DNA of 64,000 nucleotides from positions 24,490,001 to 24,554,000 of the forward strand of contig CM114271.1 in the NCBI GenBank assembly GCA_050084515.1, in the 5' to 3' direction. Below the pieces are notes generated by a model, which saw only the letters and a program-made list of their open reading frames with translations, was not told where the DNA came from and did not search any database. The position numbers were made by a program, and so were the translations under genes. The stretch is from Blasia pusilla. Lineage: Eukaryota. Below are positions 53,150 through 64,000 of this stretch, one piece after another (position 1 is the first letter of the stretch; the number at the start of each line of letters is the position of its first letter).

Positions 53150-56100
53150 AAAGTACAATCTAAAACCTCATTTTGCATCCTCAAAGTGGTTTGTTTAAAA
53201 TACTTGAACTTCTTTGAGGGATGGGGTGGTTGGTGGATTCCTACTCCTACCTCCGACTCTCTTAAAACTACCAAACAACACATAGTACATGTGCTTACAA
53301 GGGAAATACCTTTTGCCACTTGTCTCTCTTTGGACAAAGTCATCACATGAACATGTGGGAAAGCAACACATGTGCACCATATACACCCCTGTGACACTTG
53401 AATTTACAGTGTTGCTCCTGACCCAATACATCCTTCCTATTCCATTGCCACTCAGGACATCTTTCGTGGCGATGATCTCCATTTTTGCCTCCCGAGCTGC
53501 TGCTATTCATTTTGCTCTCTCCACCGTTGGCCTACACATTCTGTTTCTCTTCACCCCATTTATAGACTCAAACAGAAATAATGGATTGAGATCATCCACC
53601 TTCTCCGGGTACATGTTGACATCAATCTTGGGTTGAATACGAAATGCGAAGGTCTCTGTAATGCGAACATGCTCCGAACTTCCCCCGTCTACGAGTCTGA
53701 AACCGGCACTTGTAAGATTGTCCACGCCGTCTTGAGTGCGATTCGTACTGCGGCGATGGGCCAAATCGTGGGGGTATTCCCGGGAGCTCTAATGGCAGCC
53801 GGATAAGACTTCCGGAAAGCGCAAGATTCATTTGGGCAGAAGAAGTACTTCAATTGATCCCCGGTCCTCGTGAAACGATCAAAGGTTTTGAGTCCCCAAA
53901 ACCCAGGCAGCGTGATCGTCGATCCTTTATGATTCTTATTTGGGAAAGTGCCGCATGCTCTCCTAATGCCATCGAGATCTGCCCTGTCAGAGGTGGGTCC
54001 ACGTCTGGTTGCTCCGAGATATATGCCACCGTTTTAGGTTGCAATCCACCTCCATTACCGGAATCCCATATTGTTGAACCACCCCAGTGACAGGATGTTG
54101 CGAACTTCCAGCAACGGAGGGCTTTTGAAATAAAACATTCACTGATTTTGGAGAAGTAACTCCATCACAGATTTGGGACGGGTCCGGGGTCCCCGAATAC
54201 TTGGGCGGTGTAATTTCCTCATCCAAATCAATCACCGGATTTGTTCCTCGATGCTGCCTCTTCACTTGCCTGAAGTCAAGATACTTATCTGGTCTCCACG
54301 AGTCTCGTTCGGACTGCTCTACCACCATCTGTATGGGACGTCTTGAAACCCGCCCACGAATATCCCCACCTATGTGTACGTCTTGCTCGAGTGGAGTTCA
54401 CTACGCACCGGTTGAAGGCCGACATACAATTTTTCATCACCAGATCTCATAGCCGCCCTGACATAGAGCTCGTAGATCGACGGCCCTTTTCCTTTTGTTA
54501 TGCCTTTTGTGAGGAAGATATGAGATGCTGCAGATTGTAGCATTGCTCTTGCCTGGTCTTGTTGGCATGCCTCCACAAGTGAAATTCGTTGGCATGCTTG
54601 TGATGACCTCCAAGAGGAATGAACACTTTCTGCTCCACTTGTGTTGGGGCAAAGGGCATTTTCATGAACGTTCAATCCCTGCAACGACGGCAATGTTAGA
54701 AGGGAACGAAAATAACCCAGGAGTCAAAGAAATAAGCGACCTGTCGGAACCAGACGGGTTGCAGGCTCGAGGCATCCCATGAACGACTCTGCGACACGTC
54801 GGGTCCCGACGTGTTGTAACCTTAAACCCACCTACTGCAACCCGTCGGAACCCGACGGGTTGCAAGGCCGAGGCATCCCATGAACGACTCTGTGACCCGT
54901 CGGGTCCCGAATGGTTGCACACTTGGGACCACACCAAACATCTGGATGCAACCCGTAGGTTTCCGTCGGGTTGCACACTCGGGAAACCCGTCGGTTTCCG
55001 TCGGATTGCACACTCGGGCAACCCGTCGGTTTCCGTCGAGTTGCACACTCGGGCAACCCGTCGCATCCGACACCTTGCTTGGTTTCTTGGGTTTGAATTC
55101 CATATAATTCCCACGCTTCTCACCCTGAGCTACAACTTTACAAACAATTCTCAGCGTGAGCTTGACAAGACAAAATAGTGAACTCACCTGCCCCATGAAG
55201 TTTCCCCATTGTCTCACACGTACAGTCCACCAACTCAACCAAGAGCACGACTCTTTGTACTTCCCCTCAATCGCATGCTTCCTCCACCACCCATGAAGTT
55301 CTTCCTGGCAGTCCATGGCCTGCTTCAAGGTTTTGCTGTCCTTGCAGCGTTGGAGTAGAGTCACATGCTCTGTCCTCTTATTCTCCTTGATGCAAGATTT
55401 GGTGTATCGGATCACAGACTGTTGCCAATGGAAAGCATCCGACCTTTCCCTCTCCGGTTGAACCTCTCCACCCCAGAACACTTCCCGGATAGCAATCCAC
55501 CCAGGTTGTGCATTGTCCGCCATGAACCCATAAATTTCCGGAGGTGGCTTTTTGTTTTCCTTCACCACCTCCAATAAGAGTGACCAACACATCTTCAAAC
55601 TGCCAACGTCTTCTGCCTTTACTTCACACACAAATATAGTTTTGAGTCCCTTCTCCACATGGTCATAAACGTGAGCACCCATCGTCAACCATCCGTTCAG
55701 CACTCTGTAGCAAATATCAAAGTTGACCCAGCTCCCGTAAAGATCTTCCCCTTTCCTCATTCGATCTATTAGATCGAGGCCACTCGAGGGACGTGTGGTT
55801 GACATTTTGAAGACATAGGCCCTGGATCCCTCGCCTCCTTGGCCCATGAACTGCCATCTCTGAATGAATGGAAATCTGGAGTTGGCCTTGATTCTGGCGA
55901 TGGCATCCATTTCGGCCGTCTTTCCATCCAGAACTCGTATCTGACGCAACAAATTCCGGAAGCATTAAGGATCAGCGAGAAATGCGAGATTTTCCCAAAG
56001 TTGTTTCTCCTCAACCGCCGTGATCTCGCCCTGTCCAGGAATTCCAAGCAATTGTTCACAAATTTGTGATGCCGTTGTGAGCTTGATCACCCCGGGCTTT

Positions 56101-56900
56101 GAACGCGGAGAGTTTCTGAAGACCTCGGCTACTTTCTTCGCCACATCCTCCTTGATGTGTCTTTGAATTGCATCGGTCACAGGATGAGTGTGGGAGCCAA
56201 CATGAAGCGCCACCTTGTATACTCGGCGTGGAGCCCAAGTCATGGACAATGAAAAATATGTATGCAGGACACGCTCCAACGAAGGGCGATGCGACAATGA
56301 GGACATCGATGGCCTCCCGGCGGTATTGTGGCACCCACCTCGTATGGAGTTTCTGCATTCTTGGGGGAATTGCGGCGTATTGACTCGCCCGTTTGCGCTC
56401 TAGATACGAGCATGCTGGACTTCTACACTCCAAGGCTCCCACGCATTGGCGGCGGGAGACAATCCAAGGACCATCGGGATGGAAGCACCGGTCCGTTGCG
56501 TACCTGCACCATCGATGACAATCAGACTTTCTGTCCATACCCTTCAGGCGTCCTCCATCCTTCTTTTGAGCAGGAGCAGCAAGTGGAGGCAACTCAAAAA
56601 TGCAATTACCATTGTACGTGGGCTGCAGCTCATTGACAAGAATGTGCTTGAACATTTTCAAGGCGTAGACGAAAGCAAACTATTGCCGATACTCGCAAGA
56701 GAACGAGTAGGCGGACACAGGCCCGATTGGTGTCCAAGCAGATCGCCGAGGTTGATAACATCCGGAATCTCTTGAGGAAGAACAACATTGTTACGAGTGT
56801 GCAAAGTTGGAGTCGAAGCCAGATCTGCAGAGCTTGGAGTTGCAAACGTAGAGCTCGGAGCACTAGGAAATTCTAGACCGTCTACTTGGGAAACAGACGA
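53150..56900 (-). pseudogene. MULE-type DDE transposase with N-terminal GCM/WRKY-like Zn finger and C-terminal SWIM finger, frameshifted; intron 54679-55187
   Basis: N-term RRQCVGALECRSPAC..GACPAY..HVGSHTHP. Catalytic core NFDICY, FMADNA, DAFHWQQS. After splicing (GNFMGQ|gtgagt...gcag|GLNV) comes GAESVH. SWIM CSCDDF..PCKH in ORF 53195-53482. Confidence 0.85.
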
Positions 56901-59900
56901 ATTCAGGGAGGGCCGTAAACTTTGTATTGACCATTTGCTCTGGTAGGAGATTCCATACTTTACGGTGCGAGGTCACTTTGGATGGACCGTCTCACCTATT
57001 ATGTCTTCCGTACCTTCCACCCTAACATCTTTGGATACAAAGATGGTTCCAATTGAAGAAGAAATCAAGCAGACAGAAAATTTTCATCCATTGCTACGAA
57101 AGACTCACGAGCTTGGGGTCGAATGATTTCGATTGAGGAAGGGCATAAGATGACCGCCACAAGTGAGCTTAACATAATTATCCATTCCAAGAAGATTCCT
57201 ACGAGGAGAGGCGAGAATGAGAATGAGAATATTTAATTTATAGTGAATAGGAAACAAATACTCTGATGATTTTTCTTGACAAGATGAATTCGGTGGGGAG
57301 ATTATCGACACAATGGATCAATTTTGTAACACATTCAATTGTGTTGCAATATGTTACCGGATTTGGGAAGCATAGGGTTGCGCATCACTTGGAACCCGTC
57401 GGAGTCCTGGTAACTCAGAAATTACCCGAAGCTTACCGAAGCCTACAACCCGTCGGCATCGGACAGGTTGCACGCTTCTGCTAAACATTGTCGAAGCGAG
57501 CAACCCGTCGCTCTCCGACGACTTGCTGCGATACCGCTCCTTCTTGCTCGAAGATGCCGGAGGCGTGCAAACCGTCTGTTCCCGACGAGTTCCGCGGGTG
57601 CCTCGCCTTTTAGCCCAAAGACGGCGAGGCGTGCAACCCGTCGCCGTCCAACGGGTTGTGCAAGGGCGTCGCCTTGTGGTGCAGCCAGCCAAACTCCGAC
57701 GACTTGCACGGGAAGCCATCGTTCCTAACCCTTGATGAGGGAAGCGTGCAACCCAACAGTCTCCGACGGATTGCCCAAAATACGTCCGTTCCGTCCCAAA
57801 CACGCGGAGGCGCGCCAACATGTCGGTCTCCGGCGGCTTGCGCGGGTACCTCGCGTTGTTTTCGAAGACGACGGAGGCGCTCAACCCGTCGGTCTCGGCG
57901 GGTTGCTCGCCCACGCGTGGCGATTTTCGCAGATTGCGAGGCGTGCAACATGTCGGTCTCGACGGGTTGCGCGGGTACCTCGCGTTCTTTTCCGAAGACG
58001 ACGGAGGCGCTCAACCCGTCGGTCTCCGACGGGTTGCTCGCGCACGTGGTGACGTACCCAGGATGGCGGAGCCAGACAACCTGTCGGACTCCGACGGGTT
58101 GCGATTTTTCACGTCCGGACTTCTGTAACATTCGGCACGTCGCCGTCGAAAGGACGACGGGACCCAACGGTCAGCCCAACGGCTAGAAAAGTATAAATAG
58201 GGCAGAAATCGCTCATTTCCGGTTTCTCATTTCGCGATCTTCATTCCTCACTCCTCACTCTCCCGCGCAGCAGCTGATCAGATATAAAGGGGCATTTCAC
58301 GCGGCGACACATCGCGAGTCGATAGGAGGGAACGAGAGCGAGACGGTTCGACCGAGCAATATCGGGACGATTCGAGCTAACCATCAAGGCGAGACGAGCT
58401 CCCATCTCGACATCAACAAGGCGACTGATCAAGGGATTTGTCGTGGGCATAGGTGGAGGCATTTCCGGCAAAAATGACGAGGAAAAAAACACAATCCAAC
58501 AAGTCTGGGAGCTTCACTCCCAAGTCCATTAGGACTCTGCGTCGACTTCTCTCCCGGCCTCGTTCGCGAATGAAATTAAGCGGCAGGAAATCGAGGAGCG
58601 GAAAGGGAAGCGGAGATGCACAACCAAGTGCTTCTGGCGAGACGTGTTCAAGCGGCGCTAGATAAAGCGAACGAAGAGGCCGGGCGTCGCAGGCCTTGAA
58701 GAAAAGGATCGCCGGCGAAAAGAGAGAAAAGAAGCGCCGGGCGCGTCGGTGAGGAGGCGGAATTGGCTAAAGCGAGGCGGAAAAAGCGATAGCCATTGCG
58801 ATAGCCCAGCCCATCCAACCGCAAGTGTTGAGATGCGGGAAATGTCCCCACGAAGTCGGGGACACAATCAACATAGTGGAATCAACACCGAGTTCAAATC
58901 GATGACGACGAGGTCATGAGGAGATGACGCAGGAGGTCAGCGTGGAGATGGTGGACATGGGGAAGAAACCGGAGAGCGGTCATTTCGACTCCAAGCCGGC
59001 GGAGGACATCGACCTCTATCGGATCGACGAGTTCCCGATCGATTTGCCCCTATCTCAGACAAGTTAGTGGTCAAGAAACCGACTCCATTTTCGGCGGGTA
59101 AGAGAAGTTAGGTTTTTAATTATGTGAATTGCAATTCATTGGGATTTCGGTGTAGCTTATTCCTCTTGTCCCATTCGGCGGGTGGTAAAGCGCAGATGGC
59201 ACTCATGGAGGCCCAACGCCCGAGGATTCCACTCTGCGATTAAGGACAATGGAATACGTCCCAAAATCTGATCCAGCGAGGACATCGCAAAGCTAAAACA
59301 ATCGGCGCATAAAGCATCCCTCGTGGGCGAGTTTTCCTCCCTTCTATGTTCGGCCTTACGGACGAGCATGGAACCCAAGCTCAGTTACCGAGGAGGACTT
59401 GGAAAATCTCGACACATTCTACGGAGGATGCGAGACCAAGACTTGAGAAGGCAAGTTGAGGGCACGGAATTCAGCTGGATGAGGAATCTACATTTCTTCA
59501 TCTCGGGATGGAAATCACGAGTTCATGGCGTGGACCAAGTTTGCGGAGGAGCGCCCCAACTCATTGAGGCACATTTCTGCGTGAAGGCGGTGGTCCTTCA
59601 CCCATACCCTCATCACATGGCGGCGGTGGAGATGGCAATGCATGCCATGAACACGTAAGTATCTTTAACATTTTCGCGGCTCGTCGGACTCGGCGAGTTG
59701 CTCGATTGATGAATGGGTTAGGTTTGTTTAGGCGAAAGCAACTTCGTCGGACTCGGCGGGTTGCTAGAAAACACTGATTTTCGGATGTTTTTAAGATTGA
59801 TTTTCGTCGGACTCGGCGACTTGTTTGATGGAACATAAATTTAACTAGTTTTTGGCCCAAAGCAAACCGTCGGAGTCGACGGGTTGCTGACGAGCCGCCT

Positions 59901-60490
59901 TGTGAGGTTGTTTTTAAGAATGCAACTTCGTCGGACTCGACGAGTTGCTCGAGTAACAGCGAGGTTTAGAAGGTTTTGCCCCAAAGCAACCCGTCGAAGT
60001 CCGACGGGTTGCTTGCCTCAAACCATTTTTGGCGAAATCAACCCGTCGGACTCCGGACGGGTTGATATGGGGAAAAATAGCTTTGAGGCAAGCAACCCGT
60101 CGGACTTCGACGGGTTGCTTTGGGGCAAAAACCTTCTAAACCTGCGATCCTCGAGCAACTTGTCGAGTCCGACGAGTTGCATTCTTAAAAAACAACCTCA
60201 CGAGGCGGCCTATCGAGCAACCCGTCGGACTCCGATGGTTTGCTTTGGACCAAAAACTAGTTAAATCTATGTTCAATCATACAAGTCGTCGGAGTCTGAC
60301 AGTTGCAATCTTAAAAACATCCGAAAGCGTCGCGATCAAAGAACCGTCGGAGTCCGGCGAGTTGCTTACCTGGCATTAGCAAATCTGAATGCAACCCGTC
60401 GGACTCCGACGGGTTGCATCATTTAGCTTGTTGCTAGAATCCGACCCTGAGCTGTGATGACCCGTCGGAGTCCGACGAGTTGCAGGAACC
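54740..60490. repeat. Clusters of the palindrome GCAACCCGTCGGA-N-TCCGACGGGTTGC
   Basis: Perfect copy at 60391-60417. Many variants at 54740-55070, 57370-58130 and 59680-60490, plus copies or half sites at ~52975 and 62372-62450. Confidence 0.95.
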
Positions 60491-62150
60491 CATGTAATTT
60501 CCTGACGGGTTGAGTTTGGATGTGTAGGATTGTATCCGAGGGGAATGTCACCCACCATTGGATCAGGACTGCAATCGGGTGAGGAAGGTGCTTACGACGC
60601 ACCCAGGAGAGTACAGGGGGTTCTTGGGCGATGCCCTCGTCAATCACATGCTTGCAAAGGATGCTCAGATTAAGAAGAAAACTTGGGCAAACAAGTTTAT
60701 TTCTCAAGATGCAGCCATAACCATCCTTTGCTGGTCGAAGATACAGCACAAGAAAAGCGCCTGACTGGAGCCGGAGCGGAGGGAGAAGGTATCTAAGTCG
60801 AGCGCCAAATTCATCAAGCCAGATGTCTGCTGCAACGAAATACACGGCGAGCAAGATGCGGCGATACATCAAGCATTCTCAACCCCGAACTTGGTCCGGA
60901 GTTCTACAAGGAGCTCAAGGCGATTATCAGCGTCGGCGGAAGAGGGATGAAGATCCCATGGTCGGAATGGGGAGAAAGTGTCATTTGGATCGCGTGCATC
61001 GTTTTGCGTTATCCGGGATTAGCGAGTTCAGAGGATACGATCGATGAAAATCGATCTCGAGGGCTCAAAGGCCGGAAGAGGGCGACACACCATCCTCGGG
61101 TGTGTCCGATCTAGTGATCTCGCATTGGCTACGTGAATGGTCGTTCGGGGCGGCGTTGCGGGTAATCGGGAAGTCCGTCTTTGGCCGACGGATGATGCAA
61201 GCGGAGCTCGAGAAGATTAGAGCCCATCCGCCGGAAGCAAACCTTGAAAGTTATGGAGATTACGAGGTTTGGCTCGGCGACATCGGGACAAGCCAACCAA
61301 GAACCAGGATTCAAGACCATGTTCAAGGTTTGCGTCCTCCCTCGGCGAGCTTGACGAAGAAGTAGAGGGTAACAAACGGGATCAAGCGAAAGAAGAAGCG
61401 AGATCTGAGGAGCGACGGCCGATAATGTTCGACTAAAAGCTGCCCAACGGATGGTATTCAGGTACCTCATCGAGTGTAAGAACGCAGGTACGTGGGGAAA
61501 ATTACCGGCATCCTTGAAATTGTGGGCTTCGCCGTCGGATGCAGAGACATTCTCCATGTACGACGTGGAGATGGGTCAGCACATGTCGGATTGGGAGGTG
61601 GAGAATTGCCCCATTTGGCTCGACTTCAACGACCCTGAAGACATCATGGATAAGGACTTACGAGTGCTTCATGATGCAATGGCCTCAGGACAAGACGACA
61701 TCCCCAATTTCGTCCAGCCTGAAGACTTCTTCGTTGTACAATTAGATAGTTTGTACAATTCGCCCCCCGGGAATTTACATGCAAGACAGTACCCCGGTTC
61801 TGGGAGGAAGGGAAAAGTTGCCAGCCCTGATGCAAACGCTCATCAAGCTCTGCTCAAGGCCGGGTGACTTGGTGTTCGACTTAGTGGGCCTTTCAGGGCG
61901 AGTATCGAGGCGCTGGCATAGTGGCAGGAACATTCTCGCCTCGAGGAAGGCAGAAGCGTTTGACCTTTGCAAGGAGGCAAAGCGAATCTGAAAGGCTCGT
62001 TGGGGCGTATAACTCTCCACCGAAGCCGAGAGCTCCGGTTCCAGAGCCACCCTTGGTAGTGACTCCATCATCACTTCCAACGATTCCCAAAATCGGGAGG
62101 GCAAGGCCGAAAGTGATTTTGCAAGAGCTCTCGGACGATGACGAGTGAGT
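58474..62150 (+). pseudogene. Spliced cargo gene: basic N-terminus, ParB/Srx-like motif, N4C/N6A methyltransferase-like C-terminal segment; frameshifted
   Basis: TATAAATA at 58192. GT-AG introns ~59098-59155 and 59655-60527. FFI/DGNHEFMAW at ~59494-59533. REKLPALMQTLIKLCSRPGDLVFDL..HSGRNILA in ORF 61779-61991. Confidence 0.55.
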
Positions 62151-62460
62151 TCAAAGAACTCAACGACCAGCTTGATTTGCGGCGTTTGGAGTAGGGACTT
62201 TTTGATAATTTGGCGAGAAGATTTCATAGAATAGATCAAATGTCTGATTCCAAGCTTTTTCGGATGATATAAAGCAGAAGATTTATTCGATCGATGGTGG
62301 TGCTTGTAAATGTTTGGTGATCATTTTGTCTTTCGAATGTGATCGTCTATGTACTCCACGGTCTTCTACTTTGCAACCCGTCGGATTTCTCCCGCTTGCA
62401 ATTTTCACTTTATGACCATCGCAACCCGTCGGATTTCTCCTCCTTGCAACTTTTTGCTTT

Positions 62461-63720
62461 TTGACCATGGACCCTTTTACCACCTCCAGGCAGCTTTGTC
62501 TGATTCGACAGTTGCCTGATCGGACCCTTTCGGATCGGCGATGGCGGGCTTCTTCCCTTGGCACATTCCCTCAACTCGTAAAGGAAGGCGAGGCTTCTTT
62601 TCTTCTCGACGTGTTGGATTCCTTCTACCTGTGCGGTTGCCATAGTGGTATTACCGGGGGCGGAGCAGATATTGATCTTGGATGGGTGTCACATTGCAGA
62701 GCGTACAAGGTATCTTGCCGAGGAAGGCGGTGGGACTCGAGACAGTTACATGGGACCGTTATGGTGTACCTAGGGGGGCCAAGGCTCTCGGTCGCCAACA
62801 TTTTCGATCCCCGTCTACAACCGGCCGGGAGGAGCCACTTGAATCCCGGGACATTCCTTTGGTACATGCCATCGAGGAGAGTTAGGAGTAAATTTGTAGA
62901 TGACGAGGTGAAGAAATCATAGACTAGGTTCAATGTACATTTCGAGGTTCCTTCGGAGGTAATAAAGGGCGAGATTTTTGAACCCATAAAGGTGTTGGTA
63001 AAAGTTTTCGGAATATGTTTTTGGACTTGTGGAGGTGGTGCAAGAGAAAGGCCCAAAGGCGAGTGTCCAAGAACAAGTCAAGAAGATTGTACAAGGTGAT
63101 AATGCAGCCAAGTCACTCCATTGACCTCAAGCCTAGAGGAGACAAGGGAGATGGTGTAGGCACTAGGGAGTCTCAGGGTATCCAATGAAGGAGATAGAGT
63201 GCTTGATTGTTTGTTGTAGAGGAGGGTTTGAACCAAGGGGTGGATCTGATTGTTAGGGCCAAGAAATGAAGAATAAGGGGCTAAGAAGAGGTCAATGGAG
63301 GCTGAGCTCAAATGCTTGGACTCTTGTGGGCTAGAAGATTCCTCATGGAAGCCTAGAGGACCTCATTTGAAGGCCATAAAGCTTGAGAATCCAAGGGAGA
63401 GATCTATGGAGTTGAGAGGATCCAAGGAGTGATTTGTGGAAGATTTGTGCGAGGTGGAGCTAAGTGGAGGTGTGAGCGAGGGCGGGGCTCGAACCAGATT
63501 GAGAAGAAGCAAGCATGGGAAGAATATAGAGGTAGATCTCACCTTCAAGCATGTCCAAGAGACAGTCGAGCCTATGCCATCAATGTTGCTCAAGAGGCTT
63601 TAGTTAGGGCAGGTTTAGAAGTAGATGAGGTAGAAATTTCAGGCAGTAGATGCCTTGGAGTAGATGCTTAGGGTTGGCATCCGGGTGGTCCTCCAACAAA
63701 AATACCAAGGGCACCTTTGC
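62461..63720 (+). pseudogene. Possible third, unrecognised coding region of the MULE-like element
   Basis: Coding-like + strand ORFs 62461-62922 and 63429-63671 with purine-rich degenerate frames between them. No motif recognised. Confidence 0.3.
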
Positions 63721-64000
63721 TTTTTTGTTGACCGAGATGGGGAGATGTTAAGAAACTTAGGCTCACATGGAGAGTGATGGAAAAATGTTTGTAGTGGTCT
63801 TATGATGTCTACTTTTTTTTCGCCCCAAGGAAAAAGGAGGTTTTTTTAGGGCCAAATGTGGACCACTACCTACTCTCTTCTAAAGATTTCATGGATTTGA
63901 AAGCAAACAAAAATTTCAAATATGTCATAAAGTTTTGAAGAGAGGAGGCGGATTTGGCCCTTTTTTTTGAAGAGAGACTCTCCTCTCTTCCTCTCTTAAA

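Larger units (their letters stand above)
52798..63997. mobile_element. Mutator-like (MULE) DNA transposon with divergent cargo genes; boundaries tentative
   Basis: MULE-type transposase on the minus strand. A 20-bp inverted match joins 52798-52817 (aagagaggaagagaggagag) and 63978-63997. The same palindromic motif occurs from ~52975 to ~62450. Confidence 0.65.

Noticed and set aside
57354-58186. Several 100-186 aa ORFs on both strands
   Set aside because: By-products of GC-rich palindromic repeats, with no protein motifs.
54740-60490. CRISPR-like appearance of spaced palindromic repeats
   Set aside because: Spacing is irregular, spacers are themselves repeated or inverted, there are no cas genes, and the context is a eukaryotic TE.

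Overview
Eukaryotic, transposon-rich land-plant DNA. It looks bryophyte-like, which is an inference from the gene and TE families. There is one clearly intact host gene, an intronless receptor-like cytoplasmic kinase of the At1g28390/At3g51990 type at 29069-30793. Around it lie a decayed PPR-SMR gene, a CACTA end, nested Ty3/Gypsy and Ty1/Copia LTR retrotransposons (including a chromovirus nested in a related chromovirus) and an ~11 kb Mutator-like DNA transposon. Two adjacent mobile elements carry DNA-methyltransferase-like cargo. (1) A Ty3/Gypsy element has a complete C5-cytosine methyltransferase domain (motifs I, IV, VI, VIII, IX, X) inside pol, between protease and RT (48435-49390). (2) A MULE-type element (GCM/WRKY-like Zn finger + DDE + SWIM transposase) carries a divergently oriented spliced gene with a ParB/Srx-like DGNH motif and a beta-class N4C/N6A methyltransferase-like C-terminal segment. 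Its non-coding parts are studded with a 27-bp CG-rich palindrome, and one intron forms an ~540-bp hairpin. Most TE ORFs are broken by stops or frameshifts, some possibly sequencing errors. All family calls come from motif recognition by eye, and many boundaries are approximate.
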